This document shows, piece after piece, positions 33,453-43,759 of a DNA stretch of 64,000 bases. The number at the start of each line of letters is the position of its first letter. The stretch's first letter is position 1. The notes below the pieces were generated by a model. That model saw only the letters and a list, made by a program, of their open reading frames with translations. It ran no database searches and was not told the origin of the DNA. Source of the DNA: an uncultured Gemmatimonadales bacterium (GTDB lineage Bacteria > Gemmatimonadota > Gemmatimonadetes > Palauibacterales > Palauibacteraceae); NCBI GenBank assembly GCA_963783385.1, contig CAWANJ010000002.1:128001-192000 (forward strand). Reading direction: 5' to 3'. Made by a program: the position numbers and the translations under genes.

Positions 33453-34849
33453 CGGTGGGATCCGTTCCCGCGGTAGAGGATGCGCCACACCGTGCCCCCG
33501 TGGTCGTCGCTCACGTACAGGGCGCCGTCGGGGCCCTGGGCCAGCCCGACCGGCCGGTGCGCGGCGCTTCCGGGACCGATCTTTTCGCCCGCGAAGCCGT
33601 TGGCGAAGGTGGCCGTATCGGCGGCCACGGGGGAGCCCTCTCGGAAGGGGACGAACACGACCCGGTAGCCCGCCTGCGGCTCGGGGGCCCGGTTCCAGGA
33701 GCCGTGGAAGGCGATGAACGCCCCACCACGGTACCGAGCGGGAAACTGCTCGCCCGTGTAGAACAGGAGCCCGTCCGGGGCCCAGTGGCCCGGGAAGCCG
33801 ATGAGCGGCTTCTTGTTCAGGTCGGCGCAGCGGCCCTGCTTGTGGCCGTCCCCGCCGTACTCGGGGTTCAGGATCCAGCGGCCCTCGAGCTCGTTCCAGA
33901 AGCAGTACGGCCAGCCATAGTCGTCCCCACGTTCCAGCCGCACGAACTTCTCCGCGGGGAGCACGGCGCTCTGCTCGGCCGTGTAGTACTGGGGCCAGTT
34001 CTGGTAGAGCTGGTCGCGGCCGTGGACCACGCCGTACAGGTGGCCGTCGACGGGATTCATGGCGAGGGCCACGGTGTTGCGGAGCCCCGTGGCGAAGTGG
34101 AGCCCGTCCGCCTCGGTCTGACCCTGCCGGTTCGCGTCGAAGCGCCAGATGCCGGCGCGCGTCTGCAGGGCGGGACAGGGATCGATCCCGGGCGAGCCCT
34201 TCACGCGGTCCTTCTCCTGGCAGCTGTTCGACGGGGAGCCAATGTTCACGAACATGTGACCCTGCCCGTCGAAGGCCAGGGACTTGGCGGCGTGGTAGTG
34301 GGCCGGAAGGCCGGTGACCAGCGCCTGCGCGGGGCCCGAGGGCTCCAGGGCGCCCTGCTGGAGCGGCCAGCGCATCACCTCTCCGTCGGCGCCGAAGTAC
34401 AGCCAGCCGTCCCGGAGGGCGATGCCCGTCCCGCCCTGGCTCCCGAAGTGCTTCCGGACGTCCGCCCGACCATCGCCGTCCGTGTCACGCAGGGCGATCA
34501 CCCCGCCCGGACTCCCGTTCAGGGCCACGAACAGGTCGCCGTTCGGCGCCACGACCAGGTGACGGGCCTTGCCGACGTCCGTGGCCACCACCAGGGCGCA
34601 GAAGCCGTCCGGGAGCGTCAGGCCGCCGTTATCGGAGTCGCAGGCGGGGGGATCCTGGGCGCCGCCGGCGACGGAGTGGTCGCCCGCACGGGCACCGGGT
34701 CTGGAGATCGCCGTTCCGGGGATGGAGGCCCGCGCCGCGGCCGAACGGCTCGCCCCCCAGGCGGCCAGGGCAACGAGGCACGCGAGAGCGAGGAACAGGC
34801 CGCCGAGGACCTGCCACCTGCGAACGTTCGGCTCGGACGAGGGCTGCAT
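33449..34849 (-). CDS. Periplasmic PQQ-dependent sugar/L-sorbosone dehydrogenase family
   Basis: Signal/TM helix, LPDGF, DTDGDGRAD, ATGLRN, HGRD, YGWPYC, HWAP, FHGSWNR, RPVG, YVSDD. Confidence 0.88.
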   Translation of the reverse strand: MQPSSEPNVRRWQVLGGLFLALACLVALAAWGASRSAAARASIPGTAISRPGARAGDHSVAGGAQDPPACDSDNGGLTLPDGFCALVVATDVGKARHLVVAPNGDLFVALNGSPGGVIALRDTDGDGRADVRKHFGSQGGTGIALRDGWLYFGADGEVMRWPLQQGALEPSGPAQALVTGLPAHYHAAKSLAFDGQGHMFVNIGSPSNSCQEKDRVKGSPGIDPCPALQTRAGIWRFDANRQGQTEADGLHFATGLRNTVALAMNPVDGHLYGVVHGRDQLYQNWPQYYTAEQSAVLPAEKFVRLERGDDYGWPYCFWNELEGRWILNPEYGGDGHKQGRCADLNKKPLIGFPGHWAPDGLLFYTGEQFPARYRGGAFIAFHGSWNRAPEPQAGYRVVFVPFREGSPVAADTATFANGFAGEKIGPGSAAHRPVGLAQGPDGALYVSDDHGGTVWRILYRGNGSHR

Positions 34850-35019
34850 GCTCGGGGCTCCTTGTCGTGGGCCGGGTCCCGGCGGGCGGCCCGGACTCGC
34901 CCGGGCCGCCGGAGCCCACAATGTACCGGGCCGGCCCGGGAGGCGCAGGGCCGCCGGGCCGGGCTCCGCCACCTCCGCCCGTGGTCCCGCGCGCGGCCTC
35001 GACCCGGCCGGCGCCCCGG

Positions 35020-36660
35020 TCAGCCCTTGCTGCAGCCTCCCGCGTCCGCCTTCGTGTGCACCAGGATGACGCCGTCGAGCGCGTCATCGCCGTACAGCGC
35101 GCGGGCCGCGGCGCCCTTGAGCACGGAGATGCACTGGATGTCGGCGGCGTCCAACGATCGGAGCTCGCTCTCCCTCGTGAGGCGGCGGCCGTCGACCAGC
35201 ACGAGCGCGTTGGCGGGGACGCCCGCCACCTTCTTCATCGTGCTTCGGCCTTCGGCCTCGTCTCCGGCTCCCGGCGCGGAGGCGCTCGAGGCGTCGGACG
35301 TCGATCGCCGGGCCTTCGATTCGAAGATGATCGGCTGGGCGATCCACACCGCGATGGCCTGGCCGTGGTTGTCGGCCGGCCGGAACCGCATCACGCGGCC
35401 GACCTGCATGGCCGCCGAGTCGAGGGCGGCATGTCCGCTGGAGCGCTGCACGCGCGTCGACGTCACGTTTCCGTTCGCGTCGACCAGCATCCACAGGACG
35501 GTGCGGCCGCCGATGCCCGTGTCACGGAGCTCGGCCGGGTAGTCGCGCTGCAGCGCCGTGATCACCGAGTCCACGTTGAGGAGCGTGGGGTCCCGGTCGC
35601 GCGGCACGAACCTGGGATGATCGGGCGAGACGCCGCTCGCGCTGGCGCCCGCCGCGGAGTCGGCCGGGGCGGTGGGCGCCCGACTGGCCGAGGCGTCCGG
35701 AGGACCGTTGGGCGCCGGCGTCTCGCAGGCGGCGGCGAGAACGAGGCCGCCGGCGGCCAGCAGGCCGAGGGCCCGGAGCAGGCGATCGTGCGGTACGCAT
35801 CGGGTCATGGACCGTATCCTCCTCTCGAGGGAACGCTCGGGGGTGACGAGGGCGGCGGCCGGGAGGGGCGGACGGGCGCCGCGCCGGCCCACCTCGAGGA
35901 GCAGGTCCCCGTAGCGCCGGCTGTCGACGCGCCGCTCGAGCACTCGCCGGTCGCAGTCCACCTCCACCGCCTGGCGCAGCCGTCCGAGGATCCACCACAG
36001 CGGCAGGTTCCAGGGGACGAGGAGCGCGAGGAGGGTCGCGCCCGTGAGGAGCATCGGGTCTCCGGCCTCAATGTGCTCTCGCTCGTGCAGCCAGGCCGCG
36101 CGCCGCCCGGCCGGATCCAGCCGCAGGACCCAGCGCGGCATGTACACGCACGCCCGGATCACGCCGGCGGCCAACGGTCCCAGATCGGGGGTGAGCGCGA
36201 CCCGGGCACGGCCGACCCGGCGAGACCGACCGCGTCGCCGCCGCCGTGCGAGCCACGCGAAGGTGCCCGCTCCCAGCGCCGCGCCGGCCGCGGCCGCGGC
36301 GGCCCACGCCCGGAGGATCCACGCCTCGCCGGTGGCGGGAAGGCGCAGGCCGTCGAGTGCCCGACCCAGGCTCGCCAGCCACGACGCACTCGTGCCGGGG
36401 GCGGGGCCCGTCACCGTGCCGGGCGGGAGGAGCACGCGTCCCCCGGTCTCCGCGGCCGCGGCGCCGAGCCACCCCCAGGGGTGGAGGCCGACGGCCGCGG
36501 CGACCCAGGTCGCCAGCGGCACGAGAGCCCCCGCTGCCGCCAGGGCCCACGCCCACCGCAGGGGGCGGCCGTACAGGTCGAGGGCGGCCTCGGCGGCTCG
36601 TGCGGCGAGTCCCAGGAGGCCGGTGAGCGCCGTGACGTAGACCATCCAGGCGAGCGTCAC
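35020..36660 (-). CDS. M56-family (BlaR1/MecR1-like) sensor protease fused to TonB C-terminal and TonB-receptor plug-like domains
   Basis: HEREH zinc motif, WNLPLWW, EVDCDRRVL, LERRI; DYPAELR...SSGHAALDSAA...RFRPA (TonB-C); VLVDG...ISVLKGAAARALYG..GVILVHTK (plug). Confidence 0.85.
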   Translation of the reverse strand: MTLAWMVYVTALTGLLGLAARAAEAALDLYGRPLRWAWALAAAGALVPLATWVAAAVGLHPWGWLGAAAAETGGRVLLPPGTVTGPAPGTSASWLASLGRALDGLRLPATGEAWILRAWAAAAAAGAALGAGTFAWLARRRRRGRSRRVGRARVALTPDLGPLAAGVIRACVYMPRWVLRLDPAGRRAAWLHEREHIEAGDPMLLTGATLLALLVPWNLPLWWILGRLRQAVEVDCDRRVLERRVDSRRYGDLLLEVGRRGARPPLPAAALVTPERSLERRIRSMTRCVPHDRLLRALGLLAAGGLVLAAACETPAPNGPPDASASRAPTAPADSAAGASASGVSPDHPRFVPRDRDPTLLNVDSVITALQRDYPAELRDTGIGGRTVLWMLVDANGNVTSTRVQRSSGHAALDSAAMQVGRVMRFRPADNHGQAIAVWIAQPIIFESKARRSTSDASSASAPGAGDEAEGRSTMKKVAGVPANALVLVDGRRLTRESELRSLDAADIQCISVLKGAAARALYGDDALDGVILVHTKADAGGCSKG

Positions 36661-37118
36661 GTCGACGCCTCCGGATCGCCGCTTCCCCGGTCGGGGGTCG
36701 ACGATGGCCCTGGCATCGCGCGGTCGGCGCCGCGTTCGCCGGGCCGACGAGGAGTTCGGAGGCGCTCGTCGAGCAGCTCGCGCATCCGGTCGAGCTCGGC
36801 CCGGTCCAGGTCGCGCCCGGCCACCAGGTGCGCGAACAGGCGGGCAGCGCTCCCCTCGAACATGGTGTCGAGGATGCGGCGCAGGGCGCTGTCTCCGGCC
36901 CGGCCGGCCCCGACCAGGGGGAAGTACCGGTAGGCCCGACCCTCTTCCTCGTGCCGGACGTACCCCTTCTCCTCGAGCGTCTGCAGCACCGTGAGCACGG
37001 TGGTGTAGGCCAGCTCGTCCTGCAGGGCTTCGCGAACCTCCGCGACCGTGCCGGATCCTCGCCGCCACAGCACGCTCATCAGGTCCAGCTCTCGATCGGT
37101 GAACGCGATGTCTCGCAT
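36657..37118 (-). CDS. BlaI/MecI/CopY-family transcriptional repressor
   Basis: FTDRELDLMSVLW, LAYTTVLTVLQTLEEKGYV, GRAYRYFP; overlaps the M56 gene start. Confidence 0.93.
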   Translation of the reverse strand: MRDIAFTDRELDLMSVLWRRGSGTVAEVREALQDELAYTTVLTVLQTLEEKGYVRHEEEGRAYRYFPLVGAGRAGDSALRRILDTMFEGSAARLFAHLVAGRDLDRAELDRMRELLDERLRTPRRPGERGADRAMPGPSSTPDRGSGDPEAST

Positions 37119-37147
37119 GGGCCTCTCCGACGCCAGCGCCCGGCCTG

Positions 37148-37213
37148 TCTACGATAACTATAGTAGAAATGTCGCCGCCAGGGCCTTCTCGTGTCAACTA
37201 TGAATCTCGTAGA
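37148..37213. promoter_or_regulatory. Two palindromic BlaI-type operators flanking a minus-strand promoter
   Basis: TCTACGATAACTATAGTAGA (37148-37167) and TCAACTATGAATCTCGTAGA (37194-37213); TTGACA on the minus strand at 37192-37197. Confidence 0.7.
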
Positions 37214-37296
37214 TAAGGCCATGGCCCGCGCTGGCACGGTTCCGGCAGCACCCATACGTTCAAAGCTTCGCGTTCCTTTCGGAGAGGAGGCTACGC

Positions 37297-37821
37297 ATGA
37301 AGAGCACACGCACCCTGGCATGGGTCCTCGTACCGCTCGTCGCGATCGCGTGCACGAGCAAGGAAGGCCAGCAGTCCCAGAGCCAGCAGGGGATGAGCGA
37401 GCAGTCCGGCCAGATGAGCGAGCAGGCCACGGGCGGCGCCCAGTCGATCAGCCTGTCCCCCAAGAACGACAGCGGCATCACGGGCACGGCGGAAGTCTCG
37501 GCGGCAGGGTCGGACTCGGTCCAGGTCAAGGTGTCGCTCAAGGGGATCGAGCAGGGCAAGGAGTACCCGACGCACATCCACCACGGCAGCTGCGCGACTG
37601 AAGGCCCGGTGGCTCAGCCCCTGAACAGCGTGACCGGCATGGCTGACTCCACGGGCACGAGCACCACGACCGTGGCCCACGCGCTGTTCATGCCGGACTC
37701 CTCGTACTTCGTCCAGTCCCATCTCCCGGACGGAACGCCCGCCGCCTGCGGTGACATTCCGGCCATGGCGGACGGAGGGGCGATGTCCGACTCCTCGTCC
37801 ATGGGAGGCGGCTCGAAGTAG
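37297..37821 (+). CDS. Lipoprotein with CHRD/Cu-Zn-SOD-like beta-sandwich motifs
   Basis: GAGGAGG RBS; lipobox VAIAC; NDSGITGTA, PTHIHHGSC, YFVQSH, AACGDI. Confidence 0.7.
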   Translation: MKSTRTLAWVLVPLVAIACTSKEGQQSQSQQGMSEQSGQMSEQATGGAQSISLSPKNDSGITGTAEVSAAGSDSVQVKVSLKGIEQGKEYPTHIHHGSCATEGPVAQPLNSVTGMADSTGTSTTTVAHALFMPDSSYFVQSHLPDGTPAACGDIPAMADGGAMSDSSSMGGGSK

Positions 37822-38141
37822 GGGACGCGCTCCGCGGCCGCGGCCGGACGAGGGTCCGGATCGCGGACTTCCTCCCGAGACCCGGGGCCGGCACGACCGA
37901 CTCCGGGTCTCTTCGCATCCCCGGCACGGTGTTTTCAGAACACGGGTGATACGCGAGCCCCCCGGGGCGTCGGGAGGGCGCGCGCCGTTCGTCACACAGA
38001 GAGGGGGTCACCGGTGTGCCTGCAGGAGAACAGGGCGAAGGTCCTCGGAGTCTCGCGAGAGGCGGGGCGCACCTGCGCTGGTCCGGATCCCGTCGATGGG
38101 GTCGCCGATCGTCGATCGGCGCGGCCGTTCGGAGCGGCGGC

Positions 38142-39224
38142 ATGATCTTCGGCGTGGACGTGAGGCCCTGGATCCTTCCGGTGGCCCTGGCGGCCGGCGG
38201 CGTCTTCCTGGGGATCCTGTGGGAGACGATCGCACTCTCGTGGCTGCGCCGGAAGGCCCGAGAGACCCAGTGGCGCTGGGACGACGTCGTCCTCGAGTCC
38301 GTCCGTGGCATGGGCTTCGTGTGGCTGGCCGCGGCAGGGCTGTACGGGGCGCTGCTGGCCGTGCCCCTCGGTCCGGACGCCAAGACGGTCGTTCGGAAGG
38401 TGCTGGCGGCCGCGATCTTCCTCTCGCTCACGATCGTGGCCGCCCGGGCCGCGGGGAGAGGGGTGGAGGTGTGGGCCCGGCACACCACGGGCGGCGTGCC
38501 GTCGTCCAGCCTGCTCAAGAACCTCGCGCGGATCCTCGTCCTCGCGTTCGGGCTGTTTCTCATCCTGCAGAACCTGGGCGTGCAGGTCACGGCGCTCGTC
38601 ACCGGCCTCGGGATCGGCGGCCTGGCGGTGGCGCTGGCCCTGCAGGACACGCTCTCCAACCTGTTCTCCGGCTTCCAGATCATCCTGGCTCGCCAGGTGC
38701 GGAGCGGGGACTTCGTCCAGCTGGATTCGGGCGAGGAAGGTTACGTCACGGATATCCAGTGGCGGAATACGACGATCCGGTCCCGGATCGACGACCACGA
38801 GATCATTGTTCCCAACTCCAAGCTGGCCAACACGATCGTCACTAACTTCGCGCGTCCCGTGCGCGCCTTCTGGGTCAAGGTGGAGGTCGGGATCTCGTAT
38901 GGTAGCGACCTGGACCGCGTGGAGGAGGTCACCCTGGAGGTGGCCCGACGGGTGCTCGACGAAGCCGGGATGTCACCCTCGGCCGACCCGGTGCTGCGGT
39001 ACACCGGATTCGGCGACTCCAGCATCGGCTTCGTGGTCCGCATGAAGCTCGACGAATGGGGGCGCCAGTTCGAGGTACGGCACGCCTTCATCAAGCGGCT
39101 TCATGCGCGCTTCGCGGAGGAGGGGATCGAGATTCCCTTCCCGATCCGAACCGTGTACGTGCCCGACGCGCTGCGCCTGCAGCGGAGGGGCGCCACGCGA
39201 GACCCGTCCCAGGGCAGGGACTAG
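38142..39224 (+). CDS. Small-conductance mechanosensitive channel MscS family
   Basis: GLGIGGLAVALALQDTLSNLFSG, GDFV, IVPNSKL, VGISYGSDL, GFGDSSI, GIEIPFP. Confidence 0.92.
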   Translation: MIFGVDVRPWILPVALAAGGVFLGILWETIALSWLRRKARETQWRWDDVVLESVRGMGFVWLAAAGLYGALLAVPLGPDAKTVVRKVLAAAIFLSLTIVAARAAGRGVEVWARHTTGGVPSSSLLKNLARILVLAFGLFLILQNLGVQVTALVTGLGIGGLAVALALQDTLSNLFSGFQIILARQVRSGDFVQLDSGEEGYVTDIQWRNTTIRSRIDDHEIIVPNSKLANTIVTNFARPVRAFWVKVEVGISYGSDLDRVEEVTLEVARRVLDEAGMSPSADPVLRYTGFGDSSIGFVVRMKLDEWGRQFEVRHAFIKRLHARFAEEGIEIPFPIRTVYVPDALRLQRRGATRDPSQGRD

Positions 39225-41236
39225 GCCGGGGCCGTCTCCGCCTCGCTCCGGCGGTCGGCCTCGCGATGGTGTCCGTCCTCTCCGCCGTCTCCCTCCTCCG
39301 AACCGCGCCCCCCGGCGCGGTCGGCCCCTCGCGGATCGGCGGGGCTACCGTCCAGGCCGAGGATCGCCAGCACGCGGTCGGAGCGGAGCTCCTCCTTCTC
39401 CTGCAGCTCGGCCGCGAGTGCGTCGAGCCCGGCGCGGTGCTCGCGCAGGGCGTTCGTGGCCCGCTCGTAGGCTTCGTTGAGGATCTTCCGGACCTCCTCG
39501 TCCACGTCGCGGGCGGTGGCGTCGCTGTATTCCCGCCCCCGTGCGATCTGCTCGCCCAGGAAGACGTTCTCCTGCGCTCCGCCCAGCGACACGTCCTTGA
39601 AGCGTTCGCTCATCCCCCAGTCCAGGACCATCTTGCGCGCCAGGTGCGTGGCCTGCTTGAGGTCCTGCTCGGCGCCCGACGTCGCCGTGTTCATGACGAG
39701 GTCTTCGGCGGCGCGGCCGCCCATCATGACCGCCAGCCTGTCCAGGATGTACTCCCGCCGGTACAGGTACTTGTCCCGCTCGGGCAGCTGCTGGGTCACG
39801 CCCATGGCGCGTCCACGCGGGACGATCGTGACCTTGTGGATCGGGTCGGCGTCCGGCAGGACGGCGGCGACCACCGTGTGTCCGCCCTCGTGGTAGGCCA
39901 GGAGCTCCTTCTCCTCGTCCGTCAGGGCCAGGTTCTCCCGCTCCAGGCCCATCATGACCTTGTCGCGGGCCGACTCGATGTCGTCGGCTCCGATGCGCTG
40001 CTTGTCCTCCCTGGCGGCCAGGAGAGCCGCTTCGTTGAGGAGGTTCTTGAGATCGGCGCCGCTGAATCCCGGCGTGCCGCGCGCCATCTCGTCGAGGTCG
40101 ACGTCGTCGGCGAGCGGCTTGTCGCGTGCGTGCAGCTCGAGGATCTCGCGGCGAGCCGAGCGGGTGGGGAGGTCCACCGTGATCCGGCGATCGAACCGGC
40201 CTGGCCGCAGGAGCGCCGGGTCGAGGATGTCGGGGCGGTTGGTCGCCGCCATTACGATGACCTCGTGACTCGGATCGAAGCCATCCATCTCGGACAGGAG
40301 CTGGTTGAGCGTCTGCTCGCGCTCGTCGTGTCCGCCGCCGAGTCCCGCTCCGCGCCGCCGACCGATGGAGTCGAGCTCGTCGATGAAGATGATGGAGGGC
40401 GAGGACTTCTTGGCCTCCTTGAACAGGTCCCGGATCCGGGAGGCCCCCACGCCCACGAGCATCTCCATGAAATCCGAGCCCGTCATGTTGAAGAAGGGGG
40501 CCTCGGCTTCCCCGGCCACCGCCCGGGCGAGCAGCGTCTTTCCCGTCCCGGGCGGCCCGACGAGAAGCACCCCGTGCGGGATCTCGCCGCCCAGCCGCTG
40601 AAAGCGCTCCGGGTCCTTGAGGAACTCGATGATCTCCTCGAGCTCGCGTTTGGCGCCGTCGAGTCCGGCCACGTCCTCGAAGGTCGTGCGCTCGTCCGTC
40701 CTGTCGTAGGCCTTCGCCCCGGCGCTCCCCATGGAGAAGAGGCTCTGCCCCTGCTGCCGCATGCGCGAGAAGAACAGCCATCCGAGCCACAGGAGGAGCA
40801 GGAAGGGAGCCACCTGGAGGATCACGGCCCACCACGAGAAGCTGGATTGCGGCTCGGCCTGCACGGTGACGCCCTTGTCGCGGAGGGTCCCGAGCAGCGT
40901 CGGGTCCCCGAACGAGGGCACGTAGGTCGTGAATTGTCTGTAGCTCAACGGTTTTCCGTCAGGCCCCTTCGTCTCGACCCGACGGGACAGGGTGCCCTGG
41001 ATCCGCTGACCCTTCACGGTGACGCGCTGGACGTTGCCGGCCACCACCTGCCGGTGGAACCGGGTGTAGGAGATGTTCGTACGGTGGGTGCTCCCCGGCC
41101 CGAGGGGGCTCCACAGCCAGGCCAGGAGGAGGGCGGCGAAGAGGAGCCATACCAGGCCTCCCTTCCGTCCCCCCGACCAGCCCTGTCGCTGCTCGAGCCG
41201 TGGCACCTGCTGTCGCGTCCGATCGATCCGTCGCAA
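39221..41236 (-). CDS. ftsH: ATP-dependent zinc metalloprotease FtsH (start approximate)
   Basis: Two TM helices, [45 protein letters not shown]. Confidence 0.95.
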   Translation of the reverse strand: MRRIDRTRQQVPRLEQRQGWSGGRKGGLVWLLFAALLLAWLWSPLGPGSTHRTNISYTRFHRQVVAGNVQRVTVKGQRIQGTLSRRVETKGPDGKPLSYRQFTTYVPSFGDPTLLGTLRDKGVTVQAEPQSSFSWWAVILQVAPFLLLLWLGWLFFSRMRQQGQSLFSMGSAGAKAYDRTDERTTFEDVAGLDGAKRELEEIIEFLKDPERFQRLGGEIPHGVLLVGPPGTGKTLLARAVAGEAEAPFFNMTGSDFMEMLVGVGASRIRDLFKEAKKSSPSIIFIDELDSIGRRRGAGLGGGHDEREQTLNQLLSEMDGFDPSHEVIVMAATNRPDILDPALLRPGRFDRRITVDLPTRSARREILELHARDKPLADDVDLDEMARGTPGFSGADLKNLLNEAALLAAREDKQRIGADDIESARDKVMMGLERENLALTDEEKELLAYHEGGHTVVAAVLPDADPIHKVTIVPRGRAMGVTQQLPERDKYLYRREYILDRLAVMMGGRAAEDLVMNTATSGAEQDLKQATHLARKMVLDWGMSERFKDVSLGGAQENVFLGEQIARGREYSDATARDVDEEVRKILNEAYERATNALREHRAGLDALAAELQEKEELRSDRVLAILGLDGSPADPRGADRAGGRGSEEGDGGEDGHHREADRRSEAETAPA

Positions 41237-41462
41237 CTTCACACTCCCCGCTCGATCCCTACGATCCCGGCGCGCCTCGGGCGCCGTCGCCGGAGGCCGG
41301 CCGGGGGTCCGGAGCGCCATGGGTTGCAAGAGTGAGGCGAGGAGCGCAGGGGGCCCGGGTGGAGAGTCGTGCGTGCGACGATCGACGGTACGGAATTCGC
41401 ACGCCCGACTGCATCGACGGTGCATCCAGAGCGGACGGCGACGGCTAGGCGGGAGCGGGCGG

Positions 41463-41837
41463 ATGCGGGCCAGGATCGGCCTCAAGAGGGCCTACGACGA
41501 GCCGGCGGCGGAGGACGGCCAGCGCTTCCTGGTGGACCGCCTGTGGCCGCGCGGCCGGAGCCGCGAGGCGCTGGATCTGGTTGATTGGGCGCGCGAGGCG
41601 GCACCGAGCGACGAACTGCGCCGCAGGTTCCACCGACAGCCGCAGCTGTGGGACGAGTTCTGCCGGAGCTACCGCGCCGAGCTCGAGGACCGGCCGGAGG
41701 CGTGGCGTGCCCTGCTGGAAGCGGCCCGCGAGGGGCCGATCACGCTCGTGTTCGCCGCGCGGGACACCGAGCGCAACAACGCCGTGGCGCTGCGCTCCTT
41801 CCTGCTGGAGCGCCTGGGGGATGCCGGAGACTCGTGA
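41463..41837 (+). CDS. DUF488/YeaO family protein
   Basis: KRAYD, DGQRFLVDRLWPRG, APSDELR, ARDTERNNAVAL. Confidence 0.88.
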   Translation: MRARIGLKRAYDEPAAEDGQRFLVDRLWPRGRSREALDLVDWAREAAPSDELRRRFHRQPQLWDEFCRSYRAELEDRPEAWRALLEAAREGPITLVFAARDTERNNAVALRSFLLERLGDAGDS

Positions 41838-42645
41838 CCACGGCGTGAAGGTCCTCCGCCCCGACTTCGATCCTGCCGGCTTCCTGTCGCATGTGCGCGG
41901 GGCCGCGGCTCGCGTGCTCCTGCTCGACTACGATGGGACGCTGGCCCCCTTCCGAGTCGATCCCATGCAGGCGCGCCCGTACGAGGGCGTGCGCGGGCGG
42001 CTCGACACGATCCGGCGGGGCGCCACGCGGCTGGTGGTGGTCAGCGGGAGACCGGCCCGGGAGGTGAGGGAGCTCCTGGGCCTGGATCCAGTTCCCGAGG
42101 TGTGGGGGACGCACGGGTGGGAGCGGGCCCTGCCCGGCCGGGAACCCCCTCGGGTCGACCTCCCCGAGGAGGCGCGCCGCGGGCTCGACGAGGCAGCGCG
42201 GGCCGAGGCCGCCGGGAAGGGGCCCGGCCGGCTGGAACGAAAGCCGGCCGCCCTGGCGCTCCACGTTCGCGGGCTGGATGCGGGCGCGGCGGAGCGGACG
42301 TTGAGCGGCGCGCGTTCGGCATGGGAGCCGCTGGCCACCCGGCACGGGCTGGAGCTACGGGAGTTCGACGGAGGCCTCGAGCTCCGCGTGCCCGGACGGG
42401 ACAAGGGGGAGGCGGTGCGTACCGTGCTGTCCGAGGCTCGCGGCTCCTCGCCTGCCGGAGATGTCGGGGCCGCCTACCTGGGGGACGACGAGACGGACGA
42501 GGACGCATTCCGGGCCATGCGGGGCCGGGGCGCGGCCATCCTGGTGCGTCCGCGATTGCGCGAGACCGCCGCCGACGCCTGGATCCGGCCGCCCGCCGGG
42601 CTCTTGAGGTTCCTCGACGACTGGATCGAAGCGTCGACATCTTGA
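41821..42645 (+). CDS. otsB: Trehalose-6-phosphate phosphatase
   Basis: HAD motifs LDYDGTLAP, VSGR, GTHGWE, DKG, GDDETDEDAF. Confidence 0.92.
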   Translation: MPETRDHGVKVLRPDFDPAGFLSHVRGAAARVLLLDYDGTLAPFRVDPMQARPYEGVRGRLDTIRRGATRLVVVSGRPAREVRELLGLDPVPEVWGTHGWERALPGREPPRVDLPEEARRGLDEAARAEAAGKGPGRLERKPAALALHVRGLDAGAAERTLSGARSAWEPLATRHGLELREFDGGLELRVPGRDKGEAVRTVLSEARGSSPAGDVGAAYLGDDETDEDAFRAMRGRGAAILVRPRLRETAADAWIRPPAGLLRFLDDWIEASTS

Positions 42646-42655
42646 CGGAGAGCGA

Positions 42656-43759
42656 ATGAACTTTTGGGAGACCCCGTTCTACGGGAACACGCCGGCCCGC
42701 TGGCTGACGGCGGCCGGCGTGCTGCTGGCCACGCTTGTGATCTTCCGGCTGGTGGCCTCGGTCGTGGTGCGCCGCTTGGAGGCGTTCTCCCGGAGGACGG
42801 ACACGCGGCTGGACGACCTCGCGTCTCTGCTCCTGGACCGCACCGGAGCGCCGTTCCTGTTCGTGGTGGCCGTGTGGGCGGCCTCTTACTCCGTAAAGCT
42901 CCCGGTACGGCTGGAGGGTGGGATCCGGGTGGCCGCCGTCCTCGCGCTCCTCGCCCAGGCGGGGGTGTGGGGCGGCGCGGCCATCACCTTCTTCATCCTG
43001 GGATACCGCAACCGGCAGCTCGAGGTGGACGCGGAGGCCGTCACCACGGTGAGCGCCTTCGGCTTCATCGGGAAGCTGATCCTGTGGAGCACCTTGCTGA
43101 TCCTGGCGCTCGACAACCTGGGCTTCGAGGTCAAGACGCTACTCGCGGGCCTCGGCGTGGGCGGCATCGCGGTGGCGCTGGCGGTGCAGAACATCCTCGG
43201 CGACCTGTTCGCCTCCCTGTCCATCGTGCTGGACAAGCCCTTCGTGATCGGGGACTTTCTCGTCGTGGGGGACCACATGGGCACGGTCGAGCAGGTGGGG
43301 ATCAAGACGACCCGGATCCGCAGCCTGTCGGGCGAGCAGCTCGTGTTCTCCAACGCGGACCTGCTCGAGTCTCGCATCCGGAACTACGGCCGCATGCGGG
43401 AGCGCAGGGCCGTGTTCGAGTTCGGCGTCACGTACGATACGCCCCCTGACGTGGCCGAGAGGATCCCGGACATGGTGCGCGACATCCTCCGGGGCCACGA
43501 CGAAGTGCGGGTGGACCGGTCGCACTTCAAGGCGTTCGGCGATTCGGCCCTGGAGTTCGAGACCGTGTACTTCGTCTCCGACCCGGCGTTCAACACCTAC
43601 ATGGACATCCAGCAGGCCGTGAACCTGGATCTGATGCGACGCTTCGAGGACGAGCGCATCGAGTTCGCGTTCCCGACGCGGACCGTGCGCCTGGATGGCC
43701 GGGCGCCCCGGGGCGAGCCCCGCACCATCGGGCCGACGCCGGAGCCATCCCGTGTCTGA
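42656..43759 (+). CDS. MscS-family mechanosensitive channel
   Basis: GLGVGGIAVALAVQNILGDLFAS, KPFVIGDF, TTRIRSLSGEQ, FGVTYDT, FAFPT. Confidence 0.92.
   Translation: MNFWETPFYGNTPARWLTAAGVLLATLVIFRLVASVVVRRLEAFSRRTDTRLDDLASLLLDRTGAPFLFVVAVWAASYSVKLPVRLEGGIRVAAVLALLAQAGVWGGAAITFFILGYRNRQLEVDAEAVTTVSAFGFIGKLILWSTLLILALDNLGFEVKTLLAGLGVGGIAVALAVQNILGDLFASLSIVLDKPFVIGDFLVVGDHMGTVEQVGIKTTRIRSLSGEQLVFSNADLLESRIRNYGRMRERRAVFEFGVTYDTPPDVAERIPDMVRDILRGHDEVRVDRSHFKAFGDSALEFETVYFVSDPAFNTYMDIQQAVNLDLMRRFEDERIEFAFPTRTVRLDGRAPRGEPRTIGPTPEPSRV

Noticed and set aside
37822-38141. Possible riboswitch or ncRNA in the 320-bp gap before the first mscS (hairpin GAGACCCGG/CCGGGTCTC, palindrome GTGTTTTCAGAACAC)
   Set aside because: I could not match glycine, c-di-AMP, TPP or other aptamer consensus by eye; an Infernal/Rfam scan would be needed.
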